Origin: Crocinitomicaceae bacterium
GTDB taxonomy: Bacteria > Bacteroidota > Bacteroidia > Flavobacteriales_D > Crocinitomicaceae
Length of the DNA: 64,000 nt
Assembly (NCBI GenBank): GCA_030830895.1
Contig: JAURMC010000004.1
Location: 40,152-104,151 of the forward strand
Direction of reading: 5' to 3'
The translations under genes were made by a program, and so were the position numbers. The notes under the pieces are model-generated. The model saw nothing but the letters and a program-made list of their open reading frames with translations. It made no database searches and was not told the DNA's origin. Shown piece by piece: positions 28,348-36,871 of this stretch (its first letter is position 1; each line of letters opens with the position of its first letter).

Positions 28348-28360
28348 TTTTTTTTTAAAC

Positions 28361-29497
28361 ATGTTAGACCTTACTCTATTTTTTCAACCTGCGGATATAA
28401 AACCAATGCCGGAGGGATCGTTATACCATCGAATTCATTTTTCACCTGACACGATTGATGAAATTGAACGGAATTCTATGTGTATCTTTCATGTGAATGA
28501 GTACCGAGGTAGAGGAGAAGAAGAACAACCCGTTATGGATTTTCGTTCCCATTGTTATTCCCTTTTTCCAGGTCAAGATTGGAACATGAAAATTTATGAC
28601 CTAGGAGATATGAGTCCAGGGGCAACCCTTGAAGATACCTATTTCGCTGTCCAGACAGTTGTTGCTGAATTGATAAGGAACAGTTGTATTCCAATTTTGG
28701 TTGGTGGAACCATGGATTTGTTACACGCGATCTCGGTAGGGTATGAGGTGACTGAACAGTTAATTAATATCTGCGCTATCGATGACCGATTGTCGCTTGG
28801 AAAACCTGAATTAGCCATAACCAGTGATGGATACTTAAGCAGTTTATTGCTTCGACGACCTTGCTACCTTTTTAATCATGCGACCATTGGCCTACAACCT
28901 AATAGGAACAACCCTATGGATATTGATTTGTATGACAAGCTATATTTTGATGTCTGTCGCTTGGGCACATTTAATAGCGATTTTAAATTGGCTGAACCGA
29001 TGTTAAGAAATTCTGATATCATTGGATTGAATTTGGATGCTATAAAATCATCCGAACGGATGAGTGTAAAGGGTAATCCAAATGGATTTACGATAGAGCA
29101 ATCTTGTCAAATGGCAAAGTATAGTGGTATTTCCGATAAACTTTCTTGTTTTGGGGTGTTTAATCCCATACATACTCAAAGTCAAGATGCCGCAATTGTT
29201 GCACATATTATTTGGTATTTGTTAGAAGGAGTTGCAGCTCGTAAAGGAGATTTTCCTATTGGCAGTAAAAAAGAATATATGCGCTTCACTGTGGTTATGG
29301 ATAATGAATTCCAGGAATTGGTCTTTTATAAGAGTAATAAATCAGATCGTTGGTGGATGGAGGTACCTTATCCGCCTTCTGAACATGTAAAATTTGAACG
29401 ACATCATCTAGTACCCTGTAATCAACGAGATTATGAAAATGCCTTGCAAAATGAATTACCCGACCTTTGGTGGAGAACATATCAAAAACTAGGATAG
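28361..29497 (+). CDS. Arginase/formiminoglutamase-fold protein with degenerate metal-binding motifs
   Basis: Ureohydrolase-like layout, but GGDHS is GGTMD, DAHxD is IDDRLS and SxDxD is GLNLDA. Confidence 0.55.
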   Translation: MLDLTLFFQPADIKPMPEGSLYHRIHFSPDTIDEIERNSMCIFHVNEYRGRGEEEQPVMDFRSHCYSLFPGQDWNMKIYDLGDMSPGATLEDTYFAVQTVVAELIRNSCIPILVGGTMDLLHAISVGYEVTEQLINICAIDDRLSLGKPELAITSDGYLSSLLLRRPCYLFNHATIGLQPNRNNPMDIDLYDKLYFDVCRLGTFNSDFKLAEPMLRNSDIIGLNLDAIKSSERMSVKGNPNGFTIEQSCQMAKYSGISDKLSCFGVFNPIHTQSQDAAIVAHIIWYLLEGVAARKGDFPIGSKKEYMRFTVVMDNEFQELVFYKSNKSDRWWMEVPYPPSEHVKFERHHLVPCNQRDYENALQNELPDLWWRTYQKLG

Positions 29498-29610
29498 CAA
29501 CGCTAATTTTTTGCATTTTTTTTGATTTTCAAAATTTTCGTTAACTTAGCATGCATTTTGGACCTTTTAAAGGCCTTATTTATGACAATTAAACTGCAAG
29601 TTATTTAAGT

Positions 29611-30570
29611 ATGTCATTGAGAATTAAGACATTAAGCGCGTTACTCTGTGTGGTATTGAGCCATACACTTGCACAACAAGATAAATTGCTTACGCACTTC
29701 ATGTACGACCGTATGTCGGTGAATCCGGGTGAAACAGGTCTAGATGATGGTATATGTGCTACAAGCGTTTATCGAAACCAATGGGATAAAGTAAATGGGG
29801 CGCCTAATTCTGCCGTGTTGAATGTGGCAGCAAACATGAATCGTTTCTTTCCTGGAGGAATCGGGATTAGTTTCTTTCACGACGCAATCGGTTTTTCGCG
29901 TCAAAACAATGTGTTGTTAAACTATTCTTATCCAATTAATCTTGGGAACATTGGAGTCCTAGGTGCTGGCGTTGGGGTGGGTATGATGTCCTATGCAATG
30001 AACCCTACTTGGATTCCGCCTCAAACGTTGCTAGACCCTTCGTTACCCGGATCGGATTTTAGTGCAATAAATTTAGACTTAAACTTCGGGTTATATTTGA
30101 AAGGAAGAAATTTTTATGCGGGCTTGTCCTCAACGCATTTAAGCGAGTCCGAAATTTTAAGTACCTCAACCTTTGGGTTAAATCCTGCAGGTTATTCGAC
30201 AGCTCGACATTATTACATGATGGGCGGTTACAAAATGAAAGATGTGGGCCCAGGTGCGTTGGATTTTAACCTAATGATGAGAACTGATTTAGTTAAGTAT
30301 TCCGTTGATATTAACTCACGCTATTTTATTAAAAAGGACAATAATGAAATAGGTTATGCGGGTTTAACCTACCGAACATCGGATGCCCTTGGCATCATGC
30401 TTGGGTACAATGCATTTAAGAATTTTACTTGCGGGTATTCCTATGATATTACTTTGAACAAGCTTTCGAGTATCTCTCGTGGATCGCATGAATTCTTTGT
30501 AAGGTATTGTTTTTATTTAAAATATCCACCGAAGACGTATTCAACACATCCTCGATGGCTAGGTAATTAA
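29611..30570 (+). CDS. porP: Type IX secretion system membrane protein PorP/SprF
   Basis: Signal peptide plus AQQDKLLTHFMYDRMSVNPGETG (the family's QQD...NPA N-terminal signature). About 320-aa beta-barrel, immediately upstream of gldK. Confidence 0.85.
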   Translation: MSLRIKTLSALLCVVLSHTLAQQDKLLTHFMYDRMSVNPGETGLDDGICATSVYRNQWDKVNGAPNSAVLNVAANMNRFFPGGIGISFFHDAIGFSRQNNVLLNYSYPINLGNIGVLGAGVGVGMMSYAMNPTWIPPQTLLDPSLPGSDFSAINLDLNFGLYLKGRNFYAGLSSTHLSESEILSTSTFGLNPAGYSTARHYYMMGGYKMKDVGPGALDFNLMMRTDLVKYSVDINSRYFIKKDNNEIGYAGLTYRTSDALGIMLGYNAFKNFTCGYSYDITLNKLSSISRGSHEFFVRYCFYLKYPPKTYSTHPRWLGN

Positions 30571-30672
30571 TTATTGATGTAACCATTTTTATTGTTCAAA
30601 CGTTATTAGCAAACTCGAATAACCTGTAGCAAGTTTTATTTGGAAATGACTAGAACCAAAAAAAAGGATAAA

Positions 30673-32709
30673 ATGAAAAGAATTTTTGTTTTTGTATTAG
30701 TAGGTTTATTCTTCGCGTCTTGTGACCCGGTTGATGGAAATCTTGTGGGCGTTAAAGGACGGGACACCTTCTATCCGGACATCTTAGGTCCTGGTAAAGT
30801 TCCTTATGGGATGGTATATATTCCTTCAGGTGCTTATCAGGCAGGTCAGAATGATAAGGACATCATGGGCTTGCACACTACCCGTAATCGAACGGTTTCT
30901 GTTCAGGCATTTTACATGGATGCCTCCGAAATATCAAACAACGAATATCGTCAGTTTGTGCATTGGGTGAAAGATTCCATTGCGCGTGAGAAATTGTACC
31001 GCAGAATGTCAGGAGATGACGCTGAGCAGTGGGTGAATGTGCCGGATGATTTTTTTAAAGAGCCTTACAGAACCGTCCTAAACTTGGGTTCAGATGTTCA
31101 AGGTGGAAATAACCCCTTCGACCCGTTCCTAAACACAGAGTCGTCGGAAGATTTAGATCGGGCGTATTTAATGTTGATGGGATACTCACAAGCAGGTAAA
31201 AAAGGAGCCGCTCAAAGTTTCTTTAAGTTAAAGGACGAAAAAGGTGTGCCAAAGGATAGAGAGAATTTAGATATAACCCTAGACGCGAATGAAGTGTCTG
31301 CCATTTTTAGTACGTACTCTAGCGTTAATAAAAAAGGAAAGGTTGATGACAAAAGCAACAAAGATGCCGCTGAGTATAAAAGGGTAACAGATGTTCAAGG
31401 TGGTCGTATTGAAAACCGTAAGTATTTCCAGCTAAATTGGGAAACACCGGTAGATTATACAGATCCAGAGACCCTTTTCTTGCTTTCTGATATGTATGTG
31501 TCGAAAGAAGAGCAATTCTTTAATAACAAGCAAATTGATACGCGCTTGTTGTATTACGATTACGTTTGGATTGACTACAAAGAAGCTGCAAAGCGAGGAA
31601 AGGTAAAAACCGCGCGTAATGCTTATGATGGAACAATTAATGACCCAAACATCTCTCCCATTAATCGTAGAGACCCACTTTCTAAAGATTCTAAGTCAAA
31701 TGGTCTACACCGATCAACCTTAACGGATGACGGTACAGAATTGAAATATGACGGCACGGTTTCACCGTTTGTCGATCAATTAACCGGGGAATATGTGATA
31801 GATACTTCAGGAAGGTCGATTCCCAAAGACGACAAGGGGAATGTATTAGTGGACCAAGATTTCTTAATCAATCCAGGACAAGACTTAGATTTAGGCTACA
31901 CCAACAGTAAAGGTCAACATAATGCCATTCGTGGGCATTCTGATAGGAGTCGATACATTATCAAAGAGAGAATAAATGTGTATCCTGATACCTTGTGTTG
32001 GGTAAGAGATTATACTTATTCTTATCATGACCCAATGGCTGAAAATTATTTTTGGCATACCGCATACGATAACTACCCGGTAGTTGGGGTTACCTGGTGC
32101 CAAGCGAAGGCATTTTCTGTGTGGAGAACTCAGTTGTATCATAGCTGGTTGCTTGCGAATGGGGACTTATATGTAAATGACTTCCGATTACCTTCTGAGG
32201 TTGAATGGGAGCGTGCTGCTCGTGGCGATTTAGAATTATCTCAATATCCATGGGGTGGACCGTATATTCGAAATGCCAATGGGTGTTTCTTAGCGAACTT
32301 CAAACCTATGCGTGGTCGTTATTTCGAGGATGGGGGATTCCATACGGTTAAAGTTTACTCATACAACCCAAATGCCTTTGGTCTTTATTGTATGGCAGGA
32401 AACGTAGCAGAATGGTGTAACACCGCGTATGATGAGTCTGCTTACGAATTCACACATGACATGAACTCTGAATTTACTTATGACGCGAAAGATGCGGATC
32501 ATCCGGTGAAAAAGCGAAAAGTAATTCGCGGAGGCTCATGGAAAGACATCGGTTACTATTTACAAAACTCAACAAGAACGTTTGAGTATCAGGATACTGC
32601 CAAATGTTATATCGGTTTCCGTAATGTCATGACTCATTTAGGTCGAGGTGGTAAAGACCTAGATGCTGAGAATGGCGAGGAAATCCAAATGGACATTCAA
32701 TTAAAGTAA
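30673..32709 (+). CDS. gldK: T9SS ring lipoprotein GldK/PorK (FGE-sulfatase/SUMF1-like domain), unusually long
   Basis: Lipobox MKRIFVFVLVGLFFASC. GMVYIPSGAYQAGQND...FYMDASEISNNEYRQFVHWV. C-terminal YPVVGVTWCQAKAFSVWRT...RLPSEVEWERAARG...GNVAEWC...RGGSWKD...IGFRNV. The ORF track starts at an upstream TTG (30640). Confidence 0.93.
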   Translation: MKRIFVFVLVGLFFASCDPVDGNLVGVKGRDTFYPDILGPGKVPYGMVYIPSGAYQAGQNDKDIMGLHTTRNRTVSVQAFYMDASEISNNEYRQFVHWVKDSIAREKLYRRMSGDDAEQWVNVPDDFFKEPYRTVLNLGSDVQGGNNPFDPFLNTESSEDLDRAYLMLMGYSQAGKKGAAQSFFKLKDEKGVPKDRENLDITLDANEVSAIFSTYSSVNKKGKVDDKSNKDAAEYKRVTDVQGGRIENRKYFQLNWETPVDYTDPETLFLLSDMYVSKEEQFFNNKQIDTRLLYYDYVWIDYKEAAKRGKVKTARNAYDGTINDPNISPINRRDPLSKDSKSNGLHRSTLTDDGTELKYDGTVSPFVDQLTGEYVIDTSGRSIPKDDKGNVLVDQDFLINPGQDLDLGYTNSKGQHNAIRGHSDRSRYIIKERINVYPDTLCWVRDYTYSYHDPMAENYFWHTAYDNYPVVGVTWCQAKAFSVWRTQLYHSWLLANGDLYVNDFRLPSEVEWERAARGDLELSQYPWGGPYIRNANGCFLANFKPMRGRYFEDGGFHTVKVYSYNPNAFGLYCMAGNVAEWCNTAYDESAYEFTHDMNSEFTYDAKDADHPVKKRKVIRGGSWKDIGYYLQNSTRTFEYQDTAKCYIGFRNVMTHLGRGGKDLDAENGEEIQMDIQLK

Positions 32710-32759
32710 TATCTGTAACAAATAAATAAATCAAAGTTTAACAATTAATTTCAATTATT

Positions 32760-33593
32760 ATGAGTGGTAAGAAAGGTGGTTTTTTTGCATCTAAAGGGTA
32801 CAAAAATTTAATGAAGTATGTATATGGTTATGGTGCATCCATAGTTATCGTAGGGGCATTGTTTAAAATTCAACACTGGCCAGGCGCAGACATCATGTTG
32901 ATTGCCGGATTATCTACCGAGGCCATTATTTTCGGTTTGTCTGCAATGGAACCGTTGCATGCTGAGCCAAATTGGGCAGTTTATTATCCATACTTGTTAC
33001 CAGAAGATGAACGTCCTGAAGGCCAAGATATTTCTGCATTTCCAAAACCGCATGAAATTGGTGGAAAAAGCGATGGAAGCGCAACAGAAATGATAGCGGA
33101 GATGATGGAGAAAGCAAAAATAGATCAAGCCCTACTAGACCGTTTAGGAAGTGCGATGCGCGATTTGAGCCATAATGCAGAACAACTAAAAAGTGTTTCA
33201 TCGGCAGCATCAGCGACGGATTCATATGTTGCTTCTCTTGAGGAAGCTTCTAAGAAGATGACTGGATTAACGGAATCTTATGAAAAAGCATCTATTTCAA
33301 TAGCCGGACTAACTTCTAATGCCTCAGTTGGTGAATCAATTGGAGAAAAAATGCAAGAAGTATCTAAAAATCTTGCAGCGCTAAACAACGTTTACGAATT
33401 ACAATTACAAGGCTCCTCAGCACATTTGGAAGCGACACAAGGGTTCCAGAAACAAGTGCTAGATATGATGCAAAACCTATCTGCTTCTGTTGAAGACACG
33501 AAACTTTACCGAGAAAACATGGCCATATTGGCTCAAAACCTTACGGATTTGAATAACGTATATGGCAACATGTTAAAGGCAATGCGCGCGTAA
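32760..33593 (+). CDS. gldL: T9SS/gliding motor protein GldL/PorL
   Basis: N-terminal two-TM hairpin with YGYGASIVIVGALFKIQHWPGA...GLSTEAIIFGLSAMEP, followed by a coiled-coil cytoplasmic region. Confidence 0.92.
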   Translation: MSGKKGGFFASKGYKNLMKYVYGYGASIVIVGALFKIQHWPGADIMLIAGLSTEAIIFGLSAMEPLHAEPNWAVYYPYLLPEDERPEGQDISAFPKPHEIGGKSDGSATEMIAEMMEKAKIDQALLDRLGSAMRDLSHNAEQLKSVSSAASATDSYVASLEEASKKMTGLTESYEKASISIAGLTSNASVGESIGEKMQEVSKNLAALNNVYELQLQGSSAHLEATQGFQKQVLDMMQNLSASVEDTKLYRENMAILAQNLTDLNNVYGNMLKAMRA

Positions 33594-33639
33594 CAACAAT
33601 TTTCTATCAAGTAGTACGAATTAAAAAAAATTAGAAAAA

Positions 33640-35481
33640 ATGGCAGGTGGTAAGGAAACGCCAAGGCAGAAGATGATCGGGATGATGTACCTCGTATTAA
33701 CTGCACTTCTGGCCTTAAACGTAGCAAAAACAATCCTTGATGCCTTTGTGGCAATTGAGGAGAATATTCAGATTGCGAACATTAATGAATATGCGAGAGG
33801 TTCTGAGAAATATGATTTAATAAAAGAAAAAGCTACAGGGAATGAATCAAGTGAAAAGGCTAAGGAGATCTTGAAACTTGTTAAAAAAATAGACGATTTA
33901 GCTGCTAAGAATGTTCAAATGATTGACAAGATTAAGTTACTTGTTCTCATGGAGTGTAAAGAAGATGTTAAGTTAGGAAATGAGGCGGAGGAGAGTATTT
34001 TAGTCAAAGATAAGGGAAGAGCTGGGATGACATTGAATCTTGACCCGAAAAATCCTGGAGTAAAAAATAATCCGTACCCCTTACTACCAATAAGAATGAA
34101 TTTGCATCATGTCGAAGGTAAAGACAAATATGATGAGGGTATGCGGGTAATGGGTATTGCTAGTTCTGAAGCGCTCATTAAACCGGATGCAGATGCACAC
34201 GGCATGGAGATTTGGAATTCATTGCTTGACTATAGATCCCAAATGTGTCAATTTATCTGTGAATCAGGTAATATTATTGCCAAAATCGATTCCATGAAGG
34301 ATTCTAAAGGAAGAGGTGTGAAATTTTCATTTAACGACCCAAAGATTAGCGAATTCAAAGATAAAGATGATCTACTTACGAAATTGGCCCCAGCGCTTAA
34401 CTCTCTAAAGGTTGATAATAAACCTACCAGTGAAATGGATATCATTCGCGAAGTTTACATAAGTTTAACTAAAAATGAGATGGTTCCTGAAGGTGATAAA
34501 ATGTTACATTGGATAGGAAAAACGTTTGATCATGCTCCATCGGTTGCGGTTTTAGCATCACTTTCAAGTATTCAAAAAGAAATTTTGACTGCTCGTGCAA
34601 CAACTGTAGCATACTTGCAAGAAAAAGTTGGCGCAGGGGAGTATTCATTTAATAAAGTTATGGCTTTAGCTTATCCAGATCAAGCCGTTGTAAATGGCGG
34701 GGAGGAATTTTCTATGTCCGTTTTAATGGCTGCCTTTGATACCGAACGTCAGCCTATAGTAAAACCAGATCAAGGAACAACATTACCTTCAAAACAGGGG
34801 GTGGGTATTGTAAAGCTCCGCGCACCGAATTCGGGAGAGATGAAGTTGTCTGGTACTGTTACAATTAGAAAGAAAAATGGTTCTGAAAAAACAGAATACT
34901 ATGAGACAAAGGTAGTTGTTGTACCTCCAATGGGTACGGTAACTCTCCCAGAATTTAGCATCATGTATCGCGGTTATGCGAACAAGGTCACCGCAATTGC
35001 AGGTGGTTCAAAAGGAGAATCTACTATTTCAGTTGTTGGGGCGAGTTCAGTGCCTAGCACTTTTAACGTAAATGGACAAAATTACAAAGGTTGGTTAGTG
35101 AAACCAGGTACAGGAAATACAGTTACCGTAACAGTTAATGGAAAAGATTCGCAGGGTAATACGAAGGCTTTTGGAAAATTTATATATCGAGTTAAACCAT
35201 TCCCATTACCACAAGTTATGACCACAAAAATTTCAAAACAAGCAGGTGCTCGTTTGGTGGTTTCTCTTGGTCCGGATTGTCCCATTGGAAATGTGAATTT
35301 TACGATTAGGGGAGGCGAAGTTCAATCTGGAGATGGTGTTGCTTTTTCTGGGCCCGTTATTCCTGGATCTGCTGTTTCAAAAATAAAAACTGGAAAGCGA
35401 GTTGGTGTGACTGTAACCGTGGTAAACAGTGTAACAGGTAAACTTGAATCTATTTCAGGAACTTTGACTGTTGGCCCATAA
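33640..35481 (+). CDS. gldM: T9SS/gliding motor protein GldM/PorM, about 613 aa
   Basis: MAGGKETPRQKMIGMMYLVLTALLALNV is the canonical GldM N-terminus and TM helix. Long periplasmic Ig-like C-terminal region. Confidence 0.92.
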   Translation: MAGGKETPRQKMIGMMYLVLTALLALNVAKTILDAFVAIEENIQIANINEYARGSEKYDLIKEKATGNESSEKAKEILKLVKKIDDLAAKNVQMIDKIKLLVLMECKEDVKLGNEAEESILVKDKGRAGMTLNLDPKNPGVKNNPYPLLPIRMNLHHVEGKDKYDEGMRVMGIASSEALIKPDADAHGMEIWNSLLDYRSQMCQFICESGNIIAKIDSMKDSKGRGVKFSFNDPKISEFKDKDDLLTKLAPALNSLKVDNKPTSEMDIIREVYISLTKNEMVPEGDKMLHWIGKTFDHAPSVAVLASLSSIQKEILTARATTVAYLQEKVGAGEYSFNKVMALAYPDQAVVNGGEEFSMSVLMAAFDTERQPIVKPDQGTTLPSKQGVGIVKLRAPNSGEMKLSGTVTIRKKNGSEKTEYYETKVVVVPPMGTVTLPEFSIMYRGYANKVTAIAGGSKGESTISVVGASSVPSTFNVNGQNYKGWLVKPGTGNTVTVTVNGKDSQGNTKAFGKFIYRVKPFPLPQVMTTKISKQAGARLVVSLGPDCPIGNVNFTIRGGEVQSGDGVAFSGPVIPGSAVSKIKTGKRVGVTVTVVNSVTGKLESISGTLTVGP

Positions 35482-35492
35482 TATTTTAATAT

Positions 35493-36779
35493 ATGAACAA
35501 GTTAGTTGCTATTTTATTATTTAGTTTTTTGGGAGCCATTGTATATGCTCAACCAGGAAATGATGTTTTACGAGGTCCTCAAAACACGTTACCTGATGGT
35601 GTAGTTGATGGTGTAGTGGTTGAAGATGAAGTTCCCGTGCGAAGTCGCGTTGAATATGAGTATGTTCGCTTAGCGGATTATGCTCAGTCATGGCGTGTAT
35701 TTTCACGAATAGACGCAAGGGAAAAAGTAAATACTAAATTGTTCTATCCATATGATTATTTTATGGATGATTATGACTTTCCAAAATCACGTCAGGCAAT
35801 TAATACAAAAGGGTGGGTTAGAAATCAAGAACGTTGGTCACTTTGGACCATTATTGCAAATCATATTATTCTTGGTGATTTAACAGTATTCAAAGTGAGT
35901 AGTGAGGAAAATCCTTTAATTGAAGATGGGTATCAATTAAAATATCCTATTGCTCAAAAAACTAAAGATGATTTTTTTACCAATCCTAAATATAAGACTG
36001 CTATATCTAAGATGTTAAGTTATGGTTCTCGGGGGCCAGTTATGGAGGTATTCAATCTCGTTAATCAAAGGAATGAACAAGTGTTGAAATCTGGTAATTC
36101 ATTTGACGAGTGGTTAGATTCATTACTCAATAGTTCAAGCGTTCAAAGAGATGATAATAACATTTCAGAATGGGATGAATTATCGAGAAGAGATTCTGCC
36201 TCATTACGGGCGTCGTGGGAATCTGTTGCCATGGATATGCCATTAAGAGAGAAAGATGCCGTGAACTTTATTAAGTCTCAGGATATTACAGCATATAACA
36301 TTAAAGAGGATTGGTTCTTTGATAAAGAGCGATCTATGTTGGATAAACGCATAATTTGTATTGCTCCTGTAGGGCGATATATATATGATGAAGATGAAAA
36401 CAACAAAAACAATCCAGACTATACAGAGGTTGATAGGTTTAAAAACTTTTTAGGAATCAATCGGGCAGGGGAAGTAGTAAATGCTAGTGGGGAACCAAAC
36501 CAAGAACAATTTGTTGAGTTGGAAATGTTTTGGCTCTATTTTCCTCAATTAAGACATGTATTAGTTAACTATTATGTCTATAACGATCAAAATGATGCTT
36601 ACAGAATGTCATACGACGATTTATTCTGGAAGCGTATGTTTTCTGCGCGTATGTACAAGAAAACAGATCAATATGACCGAAGTGTTGAGGATTATCGTTA
36701 TGGCGTAGATGCCCTGTATGAGGCTGAGAAATTCAAAGAAACCATGCGAACATGGGAAACTGATCTTTGGAATTATTAA
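35493..36779 (+). CDS. gldN: T9SS ring protein GldN/PorN, about 428 aa
   Basis: Signal peptide. The DITAYNIKEDWFFDKERSMLDKRIICIAPV block is typical of GldN. Last gene of the gldKLMN array. Confidence 0.88.
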   Translation: MNKLVAILLFSFLGAIVYAQPGNDVLRGPQNTLPDGVVDGVVVEDEVPVRSRVEYEYVRLADYAQSWRVFSRIDAREKVNTKLFYPYDYFMDDYDFPKSRQAINTKGWVRNQERWSLWTIIANHIILGDLTVFKVSSEENPLIEDGYQLKYPIAQKTKDDFFTNPKYKTAISKMLSYGSRGPVMEVFNLVNQRNEQVLKSGNSFDEWLDSLLNSSSVQRDDNNISEWDELSRRDSASLRASWESVAMDMPLREKDAVNFIKSQDITAYNIKEDWFFDKERSMLDKRIICIAPVGRYIYDEDENNKNNPDYTEVDRFKNFLGINRAGEVVNASGEPNQEQFVELEMFWLYFPQLRHVLVNYYVYNDQNDAYRMSYDDLFWKRMFSARMYKKTDQYDRSVEDYRYGVDALYEAEKFKETMRTWETDLWNY

Positions 36780-36792
36780 TCGAAAAGGAAAT

Positions 36793-36826
36793 AAAAAAAA
36801 CCCCGGCTTAGGTCGGGGTTTTTTGT
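36793..36826 (+). terminator. Rho-independent terminator after gldN
   Basis: A-tract, CCCCG (36801-36805), 8-nt loop, CGGGG (36814-36818), then TTTTTT. The flanking A and T tracts can extend the stem. Confidence 0.8.
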
Positions 36827-36835
36827 TGCGCACTA

Positions 36836-36869
36836 TTTAGGTTTTATTTACCTTTATAAAAAACCTAAA
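36836..36869 (+). repeat. 10-bp perfect inverted repeat abutting the S8 protease start codon
   Basis: TTTAGGTTTT (36836-36845) and AAAACCTAAA (36860-36869) separated by 14 nt. The ATG is at 36872. Confidence 0.6.
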
Positions 36870-36871
36870 TC

